DNA of 64,000 nucleotides from Candidatus Udaeobacter sp. (GCA_036499375.1 DASYDV010000023.1:33075-97074); one strand, 5' to 3'. Positions 25,584 to 34,794 are shown, counted from the first letter of the stretch. Notes: generated from the sequence alone by a model not told the origin. Translations and numbers: made by a program.

Positions 25584-26675
25584 ATGGTTTCGCTTAACCG
25601 AGATGCGTTGACGGAAAAAATCCTCGCGGGTGCGCGGATTTCCACAGACGATGCGCTGCAACTATATCGCTGGCCGTTGGAAGAATTGGCTGCGCTCGCG
25701 AATGCGCGGCGCGATTTGGCAAAAGCCAAGAGCTACGAAGGACGCGGCCGCGAGATCGTCACCTACATCGTCGATCGCAATATCAATTACACGAATGTCT
25801 GCAACGTTTACTGCAAGTTCTGTGCGTTTTATCGCACTGAGCGCGACGAAGATCATTACGTGCTCAGCTTTGAGCAGCTTGACCAAAAGCTGGATGAACT
25901 CACCGCCGCCGGTGGCGTGCAGATCCTGATGCAGGGCGGGCATCATCCGAAATTGCAGTTCGAATGGTACATCGATCTTTTGCAGCACATCCGCGAAAAA
26001 TATCCGCACATAAACATTCACGGATTCAGTCCGCCGGAGTTTCAACATTTCGCGGAGACGTTTCAGATGTCATTACGAGATGTGATCTCGGAATTTAAGA
26101 CGGCGGGGCTCGGCTCGATTCCGGGCGGCGGTGGCGAGATCCTTGTCGACCGGGTCCGCAAAAAAATCTCGCCTTTGAAAATCAACAGCGACGAATGGCT
26201 GGAGGTGATGCAGATCGCACACGAGCTCGGATTAAAATCGAGCGCCACGATGATGTTCGGTCACGTGGAGACGATTGAAGAACGCGTCGAACATTTGCAA
26301 CGGATTCGTGACCAACAGGATCGCACTGGCGGATTCACTGCGTTTATTTGCTGGACGTTTCAGCCGCTGCATACCGTTCTTAAAGTGAAGCAAGCCACTG
26401 GCGTCTCCCAATATTTGAGGATGCAAGCACTGGCGCGGATTTTCCTGGATAACGTTGAGAACATCCAAAGCTCCTGGGTTACCCAAGGCCCGGACATTGG
26501 CCAGATCGCCCTGAGACACGGCGCAAATGACTTCGGCTCAGTGATGATGGAAGAAAATGTGGTCAGCAGCGCGGGCACAACATTTCGGCTGGATGCGGCG
26601 CAAATCGAGTCGCTGATCCGCGGCGCAGGTTACGAACCGCGCCGGCGCAATAATTGGTACGAACTGTTAAATTAG
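25584..26675 (+). CDS. radical SAM enzyme of the futalosine menaquinone pathway (MqnC/MqnE family)
   Basis: YIVDRNINYTNVCNVYCKFCAFYR (CxxxCxxC), QGGHHP, SIPGGGGEIL and ATMMFGHVETIEERVEHL. I cannot separate MqnC from MqnE by eye. Confidence 0.8.
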   Translation: MVSLNRDALTEKILAGARISTDDALQLYRWPLEELAALANARRDLAKAKSYEGRGREIVTYIVDRNINYTNVCNVYCKFCAFYRTERDEDHYVLSFEQLDQKLDELTAAGGVQILMQGGHHPKLQFEWYIDLLQHIREKYPHINIHGFSPPEFQHFAETFQMSLRDVISEFKTAGLGSIPGGGGEILVDRVRKKISPLKINSDEWLEVMQIAHELGLKSSATMMFGHVETIEERVEHLQRIRDQQDRTGGFTAFICWTFQPLHTVLKVKQATGVSQYLRMQALARIFLDNVENIQSSWVTQGPDIGQIALRHGANDFGSVMMEENVVSSAGTTFRLDAAQIESLIRGAGYEPRRRNNWYELLN

Positions 26676-26686
26676 AGGAGACTATC

Positions 26687-27469
26687 ATGGAATTAATTGA
26701 AGCCTTTCCGCGATTGCTCAGCTGGGCCGTGCCCATCATCGTTCTTGCCGTCATCATATTGCCGCAGGCCATTCGTGTTCTGCGCGAATACGAGCGAGGC
26801 GTTATTTTCCGTCTCGGGAAATTACTTGGCGCAAAAGGGCCGGGCGTAATTTTCCTTATACCAATCGTCGATCGGATGGTGCGAATGGATTTGCGAGTGG
26901 TCACCATTAACGTCGAGCGCCAGGAAATGATGACGCGCGACAACGTCCCGGTCAGCGTGGATGCGGTGGTTTATTTCCGCGTGGTCGATCCGCAATCTGC
27001 GGTCGTAAAAGTGGAGAACTTTCTCAAAGCAACCTCGCTCATCGCGCAGACCACGCTGCGGAGCGTAATCGGTCAGGCGCCGCTGGATGATTTGCTTTCC
27101 CAGCGCGAGTCAATCAATCAAACGCTCCAGGACATCATCGACAAACAAACCGAGCCGTGGGGCGTCAAAGTCACTGCGGTCGAGGTCAAGGACGTGGTGT
27201 TGCCCGACACGATGAAGCGGGCTATGGCCAGGCAGGCCGAAGCCGAGCGCGAACGCCGCGCCAAAGTCGTCAATGCCGAGGGCGAATTTCAGGCCGCGGA
27301 AAAAATGGTGCAGGCAGCCGAGATGATGAGCAAGCAGCCGATTGCGCTGCAACTGCGCTTCCTGCAAACCATGCGCGAAATTTCCAGTGAACGCAACACC
27401 ACGACGTTTCTCCCAGTCCCGATCGATTTGTTTGCGCCATTTAAACAGAACAATCCGCCGAAGTCGTAG
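26687..27469 (+). CDS. SPFH/Band-7 (stomatin-like) membrane protein
   Basis: ATG at 26687 preceded by GAGGAG. N-terminal TM, then REYERGVIFRLGKLLGAKGPGVIFLIPIVDRM and a coiled-coil AEAERERRAKV. Confidence 0.85.
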   Translation: MELIEAFPRLLSWAVPIIVLAVIILPQAIRVLREYERGVIFRLGKLLGAKGPGVIFLIPIVDRMVRMDLRVVTINVERQEMMTRDNVPVSVDAVVYFRVVDPQSAVVKVENFLKATSLIAQTTLRSVIGQAPLDDLLSQRESINQTLQDIIDKQTEPWGVKVTAVEVKDVVLPDTMKRAMARQAEAERERRAKVVNAEGEFQAAEKMVQAAEMMSKQPIALQLRFLQTMREISSERNTTTFLPVPIDLFAPFKQNNPPKS

Positions 27470-27607
27470 AGCGAAAAAACGTCTAACTCCGATAAATCGC
27501 GAGCAGGCCCTCAACGCCGAACATCCAACGCCAAATTGGCGGATACTCCCCCAACCGAATTTCAATGGTAGGGCGCGATCGCCGAGCGCGCCGGGGACGA
27601 AAATTTG

Positions 27608-28354
27608 CTAGTTTCTTCGCGCCAGAACCTGGGTGATTTGCTGCCGAAAAAGTCTGGCGCCGCCGGAAGCTGGCTGGCGAACGCAGTGCGCATTGACTCC
27701 GAGTTGTTCCAGCTGCGCGGCAGCGATTTTTCCCAGTGCGAACACCTGATCGCATGGAAACAAGTCGAGAAAAACCTCGAGCACAGGCAGGCCAGCGGCT
27801 CGCTCCGACTTGTTAGGCATACGGTTGCTCAACAGCCCTCGGCGCGGATCGAACGAATGCCACGGGAACGCATTCCATAAGACGAACTCGTCTGGCAGCA
27901 TGCCAATCTTCAGCAACGCGCCCCAGACAATCGTCGCCGTCGGTTCCGAAAAACCATCCGGACATATACGAGGTTTGCTAGTGCGGTGTGGCTGGATGCC
28001 GTCAAGAATTTGTAACGGCGGTCTCTTAGCGCCGTGACTCGCACGATCACGCCGGCTTCGGAGCTCGGAAAGCGCCGCTACAATCTCGGGCTTCTTACCC
28101 AGCAGTATTCGCTCGGAAGTCATTGCGATTCCACTGAAATGGCCGCCGCGATATCCGAGCGCTTCACCGACGATCGCGAGTTTCGCTTTTGGCAGACGTT
28201 CTCGCAGATAGGTGCGCAGTTGTTCGCGCCGAATCGCCGACGCAGTCGGTCCGAAATCGTTTTGCTCATCCACTTCCCACCACGGATTGAATACCGCGCC
28301 AGAAGGCGACCTTTTAAACAGTCGCAGAAAGTCGTGCAGCTCGTTATGGGACAT
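27608..28354 (-). CDS. uracil-DNA glycosylase superfamily protein
   Basis: LAIVGEALGYRGG resembles UDG motif A (GEAPG-like). A late VRQPASGG resembles motif B. Divergent from fpg. ATG at 28354 (the track start is TTG 28372). Confidence 0.5.
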   Translation of the reverse strand: MSHNELHDFLRLFKRSPSGAVFNPWWEVDEQNDFGPTASAIRREQLRTYLRERLPKAKLAIVGEALGYRGGHFSGIAMTSERILLGKKPEIVAALSELRSRRDRASHGAKRPPLQILDGIQPHRTSKPRICPDGFSEPTATIVWGALLKIGMLPDEFVLWNAFPWHSFDPRRGLLSNRMPNKSERAAGLPVLEVFLDLFPCDQVFALGKIAAAQLEQLGVNAHCVRQPASGGARLFRQQITQVLARRN

Positions 28355-28383
28355 CCCTTCAACTAAGTGCAAACGTAAGCGCG

Positions 28384-29172
28384 ATGCCAGAGCTGCCCGA
28401 AGTTGAAACGTTCAAAAAATACCTGGACAGCACGTCGTTGCATCAGCGGATCACCAGCGTGGAGGTGCGCGACGCGTATGTTTTACAAGGTATTTCCGCT
28501 CGTGAACTGGCGCGTCGAGTAGAAAGCCATCGTTTCGAACATAGTCGGCGGCACGGCAAACATCTGTTTGTGCGCGCCGATGACGAGCTGTGGTTGCGAC
28601 TGCATTTCGGTATGACCGGCTCACTTCACTATCTCAACGGCGATGAAGAACCGCCGAAAACTGCGCGAGTGCTTTTTCACTTTGCCAAAAACAGTCACCT
28701 GGCTTTCGATGATCAACGCAAGTTCGGCGAGATCGGCTTGATCAAAAACGTAGATGAATATCTCAGGAAACGCGGCATCGGCCCAGACGCGCTCGACATC
28801 AGTTTTTCGCAATTCAAATCGATATCACGAACGCATCGCGGCGCTGTGAAAGCGATTTTGCTTAACCAGAAGTTGATCGCTGGGATCGGCAACCTTTATG
28901 CCGATGAAATTCTTTTCCGCGCAAAGATGCACCCGGCCACGGAAGCGGCCAGTTTGAGTGAAAAGACTCTGAGCCGGTTATTTCGTGCAAGGCGCTATGT
29001 GCTGGAAAAAGCGGTTGCGTTGAAAACCGATTTCGATCGTTTGCCGAAGTCATGGCTCCTGACGCATCGTGGAAAGCAGGGCAAATGTCCGCGCTGCGGC
29101 CGCAAGTTGAAATCAGCAACGATCGGCGGACGCACTTCATGGTTCTGCGCGCATTGCCAGAGGCGAAAGTAA
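28384..29172 (+). CDS. mutM: formamidopyrimidine-DNA glycosylase (Fpg/Nei family)
   Basis: N-terminal MPELPEVE, H2TH region LLNQKLIAGIGNLYADEILF, and the C-terminal zinc finger CPRCGRKL...FCAHCQ. Confidence 0.85.
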   Translation: MPELPEVETFKKYLDSTSLHQRITSVEVRDAYVLQGISARELARRVESHRFEHSRRHGKHLFVRADDELWLRLHFGMTGSLHYLNGDEEPPKTARVLFHFAKNSHLAFDDQRKFGEIGLIKNVDEYLRKRGIGPDALDISFSQFKSISRTHRGAVKAILLNQKLIAGIGNLYADEILFRAKMHPATEAASLSEKTLSRLFRARRYVLEKAVALKTDFDRLPKSWLLTHRGKQGKCPRCGRKLKSATIGGRTSWFCAHCQRRK

Positions 29173-29173
29173 G

Positions 29174-29903
29174 TCAGCGCACCATTTCCAGAAGGGTGAG
29201 TGCGTTTTTCGGCGCGGCGCCTTCGGCATCATTGTCGAAGTAGACGTGCACGTCCCGGTTTTCACTGAGCCACCCGCGGACCCGCGTCGCCCAATTTGTA
29301 AGCGCGGGCTTGCTGTAGCTCGATGCGTATTTCCGGGTGTGCCCGTGTAAACGGATGTAAACGAGATCCGTCGTTACGCGATCCCACATCGGCCAGTCGG
29401 GCGCATCGGACATACAAGCGGCGACCGCATGTTTCGTCAGGCATTCAGCGACTTCGTCATCAAACCACGTTTTGTGGCGGAATTCGATAGCGTGCCTTGT
29501 GCTGTTCCAATGCCGCAGCGTTTGCAGGAATGTTTCCAGCCGTTGGACGTTTTTCCTAAAAGTTGCGGGAAGCTGCCACACCACGGCAACCAAACGCTCA
29601 CCAAGCGGCGCTGCCGCATCCCGACAATGAATCACCGGTTCTTCGACGTCGAGCAGCTTTTTGTTATGCGTGACGTAGCGATGTCCTTTGATGGCGAAGG
29701 CAAATCCGTCCGGCGTTTGGTCTCGCCATTTCTCGAACGTGCTTTGCGGCTGGAGCCTGTAAAACGTGCCGTTCACCTCGATTGAGGTGAAACGTTCTGC
29801 ATAAAACTGGAGCCAATCGTTTCTGGGGCGTGTCGCCATAGAAATCCGTGCGCCAGCTTTTGTAATTCCAACCGCTGGTGCCGATGTATGCTTTGCCTGG
29901 CAT
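29174..29903 (-). pseudogene. DUF72 family gene interrupted by a 1-nt frameshift
   Basis: The N-terminus MPGKAYIGTSGWNYKSWRTDFYGDTPQKR (frame of ORF 29664-29912) joins WLQFYAERFTSIEVNGTFYRLQ (frame of ORF 29174-29839) if one base near 29816 is removed. Both halves match the DUF72 pattern. Confidence 0.7.
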
Positions 29904-30044
29904 CACTTGCAATGAAACATTCGGTGTTTCATTTGGTTCGACTTTTCTTCGATCCTCACTTCGCGTTGTTTGCGTAGATTCGTCCGTGGTGGTTGAATTG
30001 CTGTTTCAACTTTATCCATGGCTGGTTGCCGGTATTCTGGATGG

Positions 30045-30455
30045 ATGAAGTGGAGTTCTGTTGCCCTTTTGATTTCGATTATTCTCGGTGGTACTGCATT
30101 CAATAGCCCGTCGGCAGAACCGAGTTGGACGGGCGAGTACGCGGACAAGAACTTTCTCAACGGTCAGGCCGTTTTCGAATTAAGCATCCAACAATCTGGA
30201 AACGCCGTCCAAGTCTCGTTCCATGCCGCTTACGATGACGCGCATGGCGCAGCGCCCGATGGCGACGGGCACGCAAAAATCAGCGGCAAGAACAAGCTCG
30301 CGTTCAACTGGGAAGATAGTTTTCGCAATTCAGGAACAGGCACGATCACGCGTGCCGACGACGGGATTATCGTGTCAATGAAAACCACGCACGTCGTGGA
30401 ATCGCGTTGCCTGGTGTTCTATGGGCAGAACATGCCCCTCAAGTGGGTGAAGTAA
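30045..30455 (+). CDS. secreted hypothetical protein
   Basis: Signal peptide MKWSSVALLISIILGGTAFNSPSA. No family recognised. Confidence 0.4.
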   Translation: MKWSSVALLISIILGGTAFNSPSAEPSWTGEYADKNFLNGQAVFELSIQQSGNAVQVSFHAAYDDAHGAAPDGDGHAKISGKNKLAFNWEDSFRNSGTGTITRADDGIIVSMKTTHVVESRCLVFYGQNMPLKWVK

Positions 30456-30458
30456 CAA

Positions 30459-31020
30459 TGTGGGAGGGGCCTTAGTGTCCCGACTGAGTATTACTGTTCA
30501 TCAAGCAACCAAGGCCACGGCTGTGTCACTAAGTGTGTTTGTCTCGCGCTACTGGCATGCCAATCATCAGGTTTTTCAACCAATCCCTTCACAACGGGAT
30601 TCTGTTCGATATAACGAGCGACAAACTCGAACTGCTTCGAGGTCTTTACGCGAGTGTCGTAGTAGCTATCCTGCCAGGATGTCTTGTGACTCGTCAGGAG
30701 CTTGCTCGTTTTGCCGCCGACAAAGCTCATCAAATCGTGCATAAATTTTGGTAAGTCCACGACTCGCGCAGAGCAAACAATCCATGCCAATGATCTGGCA
30801 TTACAACGAATGAGCGGAGGTAAATTCGCTCGTGTGTAACAGCAAAGCCTAAAGCAGAGACGACGATTTCGCGCGCCGCTTCATCTAAAACTGGTTTTTT
30901 CGGAAGCAGGGATTTTGTAATAAAGAACGTTGCGGGCGTATCGACCAGTCGGTGAAGGCGCAAATTGTGGGAGTGAGCACCAACTTTCATACCCGTCGGG
31001 GCGCTAAGGCCCCTCCCACA
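30459..31020 (-). mobile_element. RAYT (REP-associated tyrosine transposase) unit flanked by 26-bp inverted repeats
   Basis: The left arm tgtgggaggggccttagtgtcccgac (30459-30484) and right arm gtcggggcgctaaggcccctcccaca (30995-31020) are near-perfect reverse complements bracketing the transposase gene. Confidence 0.7.
30491..30990 (-). pseudogene. IS200/IS605-like Y1 transposase (RAYT), frameshifted
   Basis: ORF 30730-30990 carries the HUH-type motif VVMPDHWHGLFAL. ORF 30491-30790 carries LPKFMHDLMSF...WQDSYYDTRV...YIEQNPV (catalytic Tyr region). The frames switch near 30755-30757. Confidence 0.7.
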
Positions 31021-31035
31021 TTCGGATCGATTCGG

Positions 31036-32835
31036 CTACACCATTGGGCGGAAGCGGCCGACGACTTCCTGCAGGCGACCGGTGATCTGGCCTAACGAAC
31101 ATACTTCGGCTGCGTCCAGGAGAGCGGGAAAAACATTTTCACCGCGCTCCGTGACGTTCGCCAGTTTGTCCAGTGCGCGCTTGGCTTTGTCGGCGTTTTT
31201 CTTTTTGAACTTACGAAGCCGGTCGACTTGCAACTGCTGTCTCGCTCGCGGCGTCCGCGCCAGTTTGACGTCCGGAGATTCGTCGTCGCCTTCGCGGTAG
31301 CGATTCAACCCTATGATCGGGCGCGTTCCGTCGTAAATTTGTTGTTCGTAGCGGTGCGCGGCGTTTTGGATCTGGCTGCGCTGATATCGCTCTTCCACCG
31401 CAGGGAGTACGCCGCCGAGCCGTTCAATCTCACGGAACTCGTCGAGAATCGCCGTTTCCACGGCGCGCTCGACTGCTTTCATCCCGGGCGAACCGCTCAG
31501 CATGTTCATTGTGTGTTTGAAAATCCCCGATTCCTCCAGCAGGATTGCCTGTCCGTGCGCGGCGAGTCGTATCCATTCCTGGCTCGGCGTGGTAAACGGT
31601 TCGTCCGCGCTGTTGGAATGACACGAGTTCGTGGCGTTCATGTAAGCCAGCATCAATTCTGCAGCGGTGCGGGTGAGATTATTTTTGAACTCGGCGGCGA
31701 TCAACGAGCGGCCGCTGGTTTGCGTGTGCAATTTCAAAAGCTGCGCTCTTGAACCTGCACCGAACACATCGCGCATTCCGATTGCCCAAATGCGGCGGGA
31801 CACGCGAGCAAGCGCGATATACTCCGCGTCGAGTCCGCAATCGAGAAAGAACGAAAGCCGCGGCCCGAATTGATCGACCGGAATGCCACGCGCTGCGAAC
31901 ATTTCCGCATAAGCGAACCCATTTGAGAGCGTGTAAGCGGCCTGCTGCACCGGAGTCGAACCGGCTTCTCCGATGTGATAACCACTGATCGAAATTGGAT
32001 ACCAGCGCGGCATTTCCCCCGTCGTGAACTCCACCATGTCGGTGAGGAACCTCAGGGACGGTTCAATCGGGAAAATGGTTTCGTTCTGCGCCTGGACTTC
32101 CTTGAAAATGTCGGCCTGAACCGTGCCGCGCAATTTCGGAACAACCTTTGGGCCGAACCGGCGTTTGGCCGCCGCAATGTACATGGCCATGATCATCGGC
32201 GCCGGACCACTGATGGTCATCGAGGCAGAAAAATTCGGCGAACCGAGATCGAATCCATCATAAAGACGCACCATGTCTTCGACCGTGTCGATCGCCACGC
32301 CGCCTTCGCCGATTTTTCCGAAAACGCCATCGGCATCGCTATCCAGTCCATAAAGTGTCGGCCCGTCGAATGCCGTGCTAAGGCGATGGGTGCGCTGGTG
32401 GCGCGTTAGATAGTGGAACCGCTCGTTCGTATCTTCAGCCAGCATCAAACCGGAGAACAAACGCGTTGGTTCTTCCGCTTGCGGAATTGGTTTTTTGCCG
32501 ACGGTACCGCCGTTCTTTTCAAAGCTCTCGATCTCCCGGATCGGTTCGAGATACATCTCCGGATATGCGGCATTTAAATACGGAAACTGGCCGGGTAAAC
32601 CTTCGCCAAAAATGTAGCGCGCGATCTCGCCCGGCTCGTCGATTTCTGGTAACGCAAGACGCGGCAGGGGCAGACCAGTCGGTGTGCGTGTAACCGGGAT
32701 TTTTGCTTTGATATCGTTCCAACGGCCAAGCAGATCGCGTCCGAATTTCGCGTCGGTGCGCGCCTTCTTTACCTGATCAAGAACGAATTTGTTATGATTT
32801 TCGACCGATTCGACGACTTGCCCGAGCTTACTCAT
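31036..32835 (-). CDS. acyl-CoA mutase substrate-binding (TIM-barrel) subunit, IcmF C-terminal-half-like
   Basis: 599 aa with an AAGGAG RBS. Contains LPGQFPYLNAAYPEMY, STAFDGPTLYG, MTISGPAPM and ISGYHIGEAGSTPVQQAAYTL, typical of methylmalonyl/isobutyryl-CoA mutase large domains. No B12 domain. Confidence 0.8.
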   Translation of the reverse strand: MSKLGQVVESVENHNKFVLDQVKKARTDAKFGRDLLGRWNDIKAKIPVTRTPTGLPLPRLALPEIDEPGEIARYIFGEGLPGQFPYLNAAYPEMYLEPIREIESFEKNGGTVGKKPIPQAEEPTRLFSGLMLAEDTNERFHYLTRHQRTHRLSTAFDGPTLYGLDSDADGVFGKIGEGGVAIDTVEDMVRLYDGFDLGSPNFSASMTISGPAPMIMAMYIAAAKRRFGPKVVPKLRGTVQADIFKEVQAQNETIFPIEPSLRFLTDMVEFTTGEMPRWYPISISGYHIGEAGSTPVQQAAYTLSNGFAYAEMFAARGIPVDQFGPRLSFFLDCGLDAEYIALARVSRRIWAIGMRDVFGAGSRAQLLKLHTQTSGRSLIAAEFKNNLTRTAAELMLAYMNATNSCHSNSADEPFTTPSQEWIRLAAHGQAILLEESGIFKHTMNMLSGSPGMKAVERAVETAILDEFREIERLGGVLPAVEERYQRSQIQNAAHRYEQQIYDGTRPIIGLNRYREGDDESPDVKLARTPRARQQLQVDRLRKFKKKNADKAKRALDKLANVTERGENVFPALLDAAEVCSLGQITGRLQEVVGRFRPMV

Positions 32836-32855
32836 GAGTTACTCCTTTACGCATC

Positions 32856-32966
32856 GTCATTCCGAGCGAAGTCGAGGAATCCCGTAGCAAAACCGAAAAT
32901 TATCGCGATCCCGTGGCGGAATCTTCGCGCCGCTCCGCGGGATGTCTCGACTTTACTCGACATGAC
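32856..32966. repeat. 111-bp MITE-like element with about 23-bp imperfect terminal inverted repeats (GTCATTCCGAGCGAAGTCGAGGA family)
   Basis: The left end gtcattccgagcgaagtcgagga (32856-32878) matches the reverse complement of the right end gtctcgactttactcgacatgac (32944-32966) at 17 of 23 positions. Related copies lie at 53025-53187 and, in frame, at 25108-25138. Confidence 0.6.
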
Positions 32967-32974
32967 AAATCCGA

Positions 32975-34177
32975 TTATCGGCGATTTGAGATTAACTCAA
33001 ACAACCGGTCCACGCCAGCGTCGCGGTGTCGTTTTGCAACCGTGTCTACCAAGTGCTGGTCGCGCCCGCCTGCGCCAAGGCTACGGCGGGCAGGCCGATT
33101 TTGCTCAAGACGTTGCTCGATTTCTGAGTGTGCGGTCCGTGCGCGCTGGAGATCGCTCTTGTTCACGACCACGATGTCGGCGAGATCGAGCATAACGATT
33201 TTCTGCAATTGCAACCGGCTGCCGTAATCGGGATTCATCACCAGCACGGTCGAATCGACAATTCCATTTTTTCGAAACGGCATGGCCTCCTGTCCGGTGC
33301 CCACGGTCTCGATGATGACCTGATCGAAATCCGAACGTGCCAGCAATGCGAGGCAATCGTGCGTCGCCGGCGAAAGCCCGCCGGCCTGTCCGCGCGTGGC
33401 CATGCTGCGCATGAAAACGCGATCATCCTGCGAATTGATCATTGTCGCGCGATCGCCCAACAGTGCGCCTTCACCGATCACGCTGGGGTCGTGCGATAAA
33501 ATGGCGATCCGGTCTTTCGGATTTCGACTGAGAAAACGCAGCACCAGCTCATCGATCAGCGTTGTCTTTCCCGCGCCGCCTGGCCCGGTAAAACCAATTA
33601 CGGATGTTTGATGTTCGATGTTTGATGTTTGATGTCTCTTTTCCGATTTGGGCGTTGAACGTTGGATGTTGAGCGTTGAACGTTTTCTGCTTCCACTCGC
33701 GTGCGCTTCTTCAATCTTTGTGAGCTTGTGTGCGAGTTCCTGGTCCGGTGACTTGGCAAGCGGTCTTTTCGCTCGTGGTTTGCCATAACGGCGATGGACG
33801 AATTTCACCATCTCATCGAGCGATGTGCCGGCGAAAAAAATTTCGTCGACGCCTTTACGTCGCATCATCGCGGCGTCGCCCTGGGTGATGGTGCCGCCGC
33901 CTCCGCCAAAAACCTTGATGTCGTCAGCGCCTTTCCTGCGTAAAAGATCGACAACGGCTGCGAAAAATTCGATATGCCCTCCGTTGTAACTCGAGATGCC
34001 AATGGCGCGCACGTCCTCCTGAATTGCTGCGCGCACGATATCGCCGACCGACCGGTGATAGCCAAGGTAAATCACTTCGATGCCATGCCGGATGAATTCC
34101 AGGTTGATGGTGTTAATCGCGCTGTCGTGCCCGTCGCAAATAGGGACAGCAGTCAGTATCCGGATTGGTGAAGCCAT
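32975..34177 (-). CDS. B12-binding domain fused to MeaB-like G-protein chaperone (IcmF N-terminal-half-like)
   Basis: The ATG at 34177 gives MASPIRILTAVPICDGHDSAINTIN (a DxHxxG-type cobalamin motif). Later come the P-loop GFTGPGGAGKTT, DRVFMRSMATRG and VVVNKSDL (NKxD). Confidence 0.8.
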   Translation of the reverse strand: MASPIRILTAVPICDGHDSAINTINLEFIRHGIEVIYLGYHRSVGDIVRAAIQEDVRAIGISSYNGGHIEFFAAVVDLLRRKGADDIKVFGGGGGTITQGDAAMMRRKGVDEIFFAGTSLDEMVKFVHRRYGKPRAKRPLAKSPDQELAHKLTKIEEAHASGSRKRSTLNIQRSTPKSEKRHQTSNIEHQTSVIGFTGPGGAGKTTLIDELVLRFLSRNPKDRIAILSHDPSVIGEGALLGDRATMINSQDDRVFMRSMATRGQAGGLSPATHDCLALLARSDFDQVIIETVGTGQEAMPFRKNGIVDSTVLVMNPDYGSRLQLQKIVMLDLADIVVVNKSDLQRARTAHSEIEQRLEQNRPARRSLGAGGRDQHLVDTVAKRHRDAGVDRLFELISNRR

Positions 34178-34323
34178 TTGTCCAAAGAGATAACAACAAA
34201 TCTGGAGCGCAGGAAAACGGAAAACCAAGTGAAATCTAATTTCTTGGTTTCCGGCTTTCCTGAGTCAACTTGCTCGATATGCCCCGATCCGTTGAACTCT
34301 ACCGGCAAAAATAGCGAAGCCGT

Positions 34324-34794
34324 ATGAATAACTGCCGAGCGCTTCACGCAATCTTGACGGCTGGTCTGGTTGTTGGTGTTTTGGATATCGCATCCGCGTT
34401 TGTCATTTGGTGGCAACGCGGCGTCGCAATACAGCTTGGATTGCAGGGAATCGCGGCTGGGTTGCTCGGCGCCAAATCGTTTGAAGGCGGAATGGCAACA
34501 GCCGTCCTTGGCCTGGCACTCCATTTTTTCGTTGCCTTTGTGGTCGTATCGGTTTTTTACCTGGCGAATCGCAGGATGCCGTTTTTGACAAAACAGCCGT
34601 TTGTTTGGGGCGTCCTTTATGGGATCGGCGTTTACCTTGTGATGTATTGGATCGTGTTGCCGTCGGCATTCTCAACGTTTCGACACCGGCTTTCTAACGA
34701 GTTGCTCGAGCTTGCCATTCACATCTGCTTGATCGGTTTGCCCACCGCATTCATTGTGCGCCGGTACTCTGAACCGACGGACCAATCGTCATGA
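34324..34794 (+). CDS. four-TM membrane protein, unknown function
   Basis: 156 aa with four clear hydrophobic helices. Its stop overlaps the start of the SDR gene. Confidence 0.5.
   Translation: MNNCRALHAILTAGLVVGVLDIASAFVIWWQRGVAIQLGLQGIAAGLLGAKSFEGGMATAVLGLALHFFVAFVVVSVFYLANRRMPFLTKQPFVWGVLYGIGVYLVMYWIVLPSAFSTFRHRLSNELLELAIHICLIGLPTAFIVRRYSEPTDQSS

Noticed and set aside
33603-33683. Short-period tandem repeats considered as a possible CRISPR or microsatellite locus.
   Set aside because: The units are 7-10 nt with no spacers of unique sequence, and they lie in frame inside a CDS. This is not a CRISPR architecture.
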